Below, piece after piece: positions 62,999-64,000 of a stretch of 64,000 bases of DNA (positions are counted from its first letter, which is position 1; every line of letters begins with the position of its first letter). The DNA is from an uncultured Chloroflexia bacterium (GTDB lineage: Bacteria; Chloroflexota; Limnocylindria; Limnocylindrales; CSP1-4). The notes beneath the pieces are model-generated. The model searched no databases. It was not told where the DNA came from and saw nothing but the letters and a program-made list of their open reading frames with translations. The position numbers were made by a program, and so were the translations under genes. The DNA lies in the NCBI GenBank assembly GCA_963763775.1, contig CAVXPZ010000001.1, forward strand, positions 1,312,001 to 1,376,000, read 5' to 3'.

Positions 62999-64000
62999 GA
63001 TGGCGAGGCCTCCTGTCGATTCGGCACGTCCACGATGATACGGGTGCCGACCGTCGGTTCGCTCTCGATGCGCACCGTGCCACCCAGCGAGGCGGCTCGC
63101 TCGCGCATGTTCGCGATCCCCTGGTGCTCGGCCTGCCCGTCCGCCCGAGGGACGAACCCCACGCCGTTGTCGGCGACGACCAGGTGGACCTCCGTCGGAT
63201 CGACGGCCAGCTGGACCGACGCCCGTGACGCCTTCGAGTGGCGCATCACGTTGCTCAGCGCCTCACGGGAGAGGTGGATCAGCTGGACGGTCGTGGCGTC
63301 GTCGAGGCCGCGGACGGACCCGATCTCGGCCGTGGTCTCGAACTCGAGGTCGATGAGCGTCGCCAGCCGCGACGACTCGACGAGCGCCGCGAGGCTGCCG
63401 ACGAGGTCGTGGGTCCCGGCGAGGCTGGGGCGAAGACCCATGATGAAGTGCCGGATGTCGCTGATCGCGATGTGGATGGCATCGATCGCGGCATCGACCC
63501 GGGCGGCCGCCTCGGTCGGCTGGTCGACCATGAGCTGCTCGACGTCCTCCAGCGAGAGGCCGACGCCGTAGAGGCTCTGGATGATGCCGTCGTGCAGGTC
63601 CCGCCCGATGCGGTCGCGCTCCTCGACGACCGCGAGGGTGGCGACGCGCTCGTGCAGCCGGGCGTTCTCGATGGCGATGCCGGCGTGCCGCGCGAAGAGC
63701 TCCACGAGCCGTTCGTCCGCGCCGTCGAAGTCGCCGTGCTGCTTGTCGGTCAGGTAGAGGTCGCCCACCGGCCGGCCGTGGACCAGGATCGGGACGCCCA
63801 GGAGCGACCGCATCGGCGGGTGGTTGGGCGGGAACCCGACGGAGTCCGGGTGCGCGGTGATCTCCGGGATCCGCAGCGCCCGACCCTCGCGGATGATCAC
63901 CGCCAGGAGGCCGTGCCCCTCCGGCGGCGGACCGATCCGCGCGCGTTCCTCGGGCGTGATCCCCGCGGTGATGAACCGTTCCAGATGGCCCTTGGCGTCG
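62995..64000 (-). CDS. GAF-domain sensor histidine kinase (DevS/HisKA_3 type); 5' end outside the window
   Basis: GFPPNHPPMRSLLGVPI..GDLYLT; ERDRIGRDLHDGIIQ; EALSNVMRH; DNGVG. Confidence 0.92.
   Translation of the reverse strand, partial: DAKGHLERFITAGITPEERARIGPPPEGHGLLAVIIREGRALRIPEITAHPDSVGFPPNHPPMRSLLGVPILVHGRPVGDLYLTDKQHGDFDGADERLVELFARHAGIAIENARLHERVATLAVVEERDRIGRDLHDGIIQSLYGVGLSLEDVEQLMVDQPTEAAARVDAAIDAIHIAISDIRHFIMGLRPSLAGTHDLVGSLAALVESSRLATLIDLEFETTAEIGSVRGLDDATTVQLIHLSREALSNVMRHSKASRASVQLAVDPTEVHLVVADNGVGFVPRADGQAEHQGIANMRERAASLGGTVRIESEPTVGTRIIVDVPNRQEASPS

Overview
A 64-kb, very GC-rich (visually >70%), gene-dense bacterial region. Gene style and many leaderless starts resemble Chloroflexota (Limnocylindria-like) or Actinomycetota; this taxonomy is an inference only. 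Scattered 1-nt indels split genes or falsely fuse neighbours in the ORF track and most likely reflect long-read consensus errors. Contents in order: cystathionine beta-synthase (partial); lgt-plsC-MFS/cNMP; ECF sigma/anti-sigma; Lrp with a divergent unannotated 47-aa membrane peptide; VIT1; cyclodeaminase, penicillin acylase and FAD oxidase; sufB-sufD-Rieske; two secreted beta-propellers; a membrane gene cluster around a MalT-like LuxR regulator; MarR-RND; META; YcaQ-like glycosylase; CAP; OsmC; GGDEF; phosphotriesterase; a second SulP; class III aminotransferase; a cyclase-STAND-TPR gene followed by a ~6.8-kb secreted caspase/gingipain-fold protease gene; an ArsR-DsrE-TusA-DsrE-TusA-SQR sulfur operon; YceI; and a DevR/DevS-like pair. 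I saw no rRNA, tRNA, CRISPR array or mobile element. The best candidates for something new are (1) the cyclase-STAND-TPR gene paired with a secreted protease carrying seven K/R-punctuated nonapeptide repeats, a possible peptide-signalling module, and (2) a 22-bp palindromic operator (TCAYCC-GSWCS-GGRTGA-TGCCG) found three times at class-II activator geometry, a probable regulon of the MalT-like LuxR protein.
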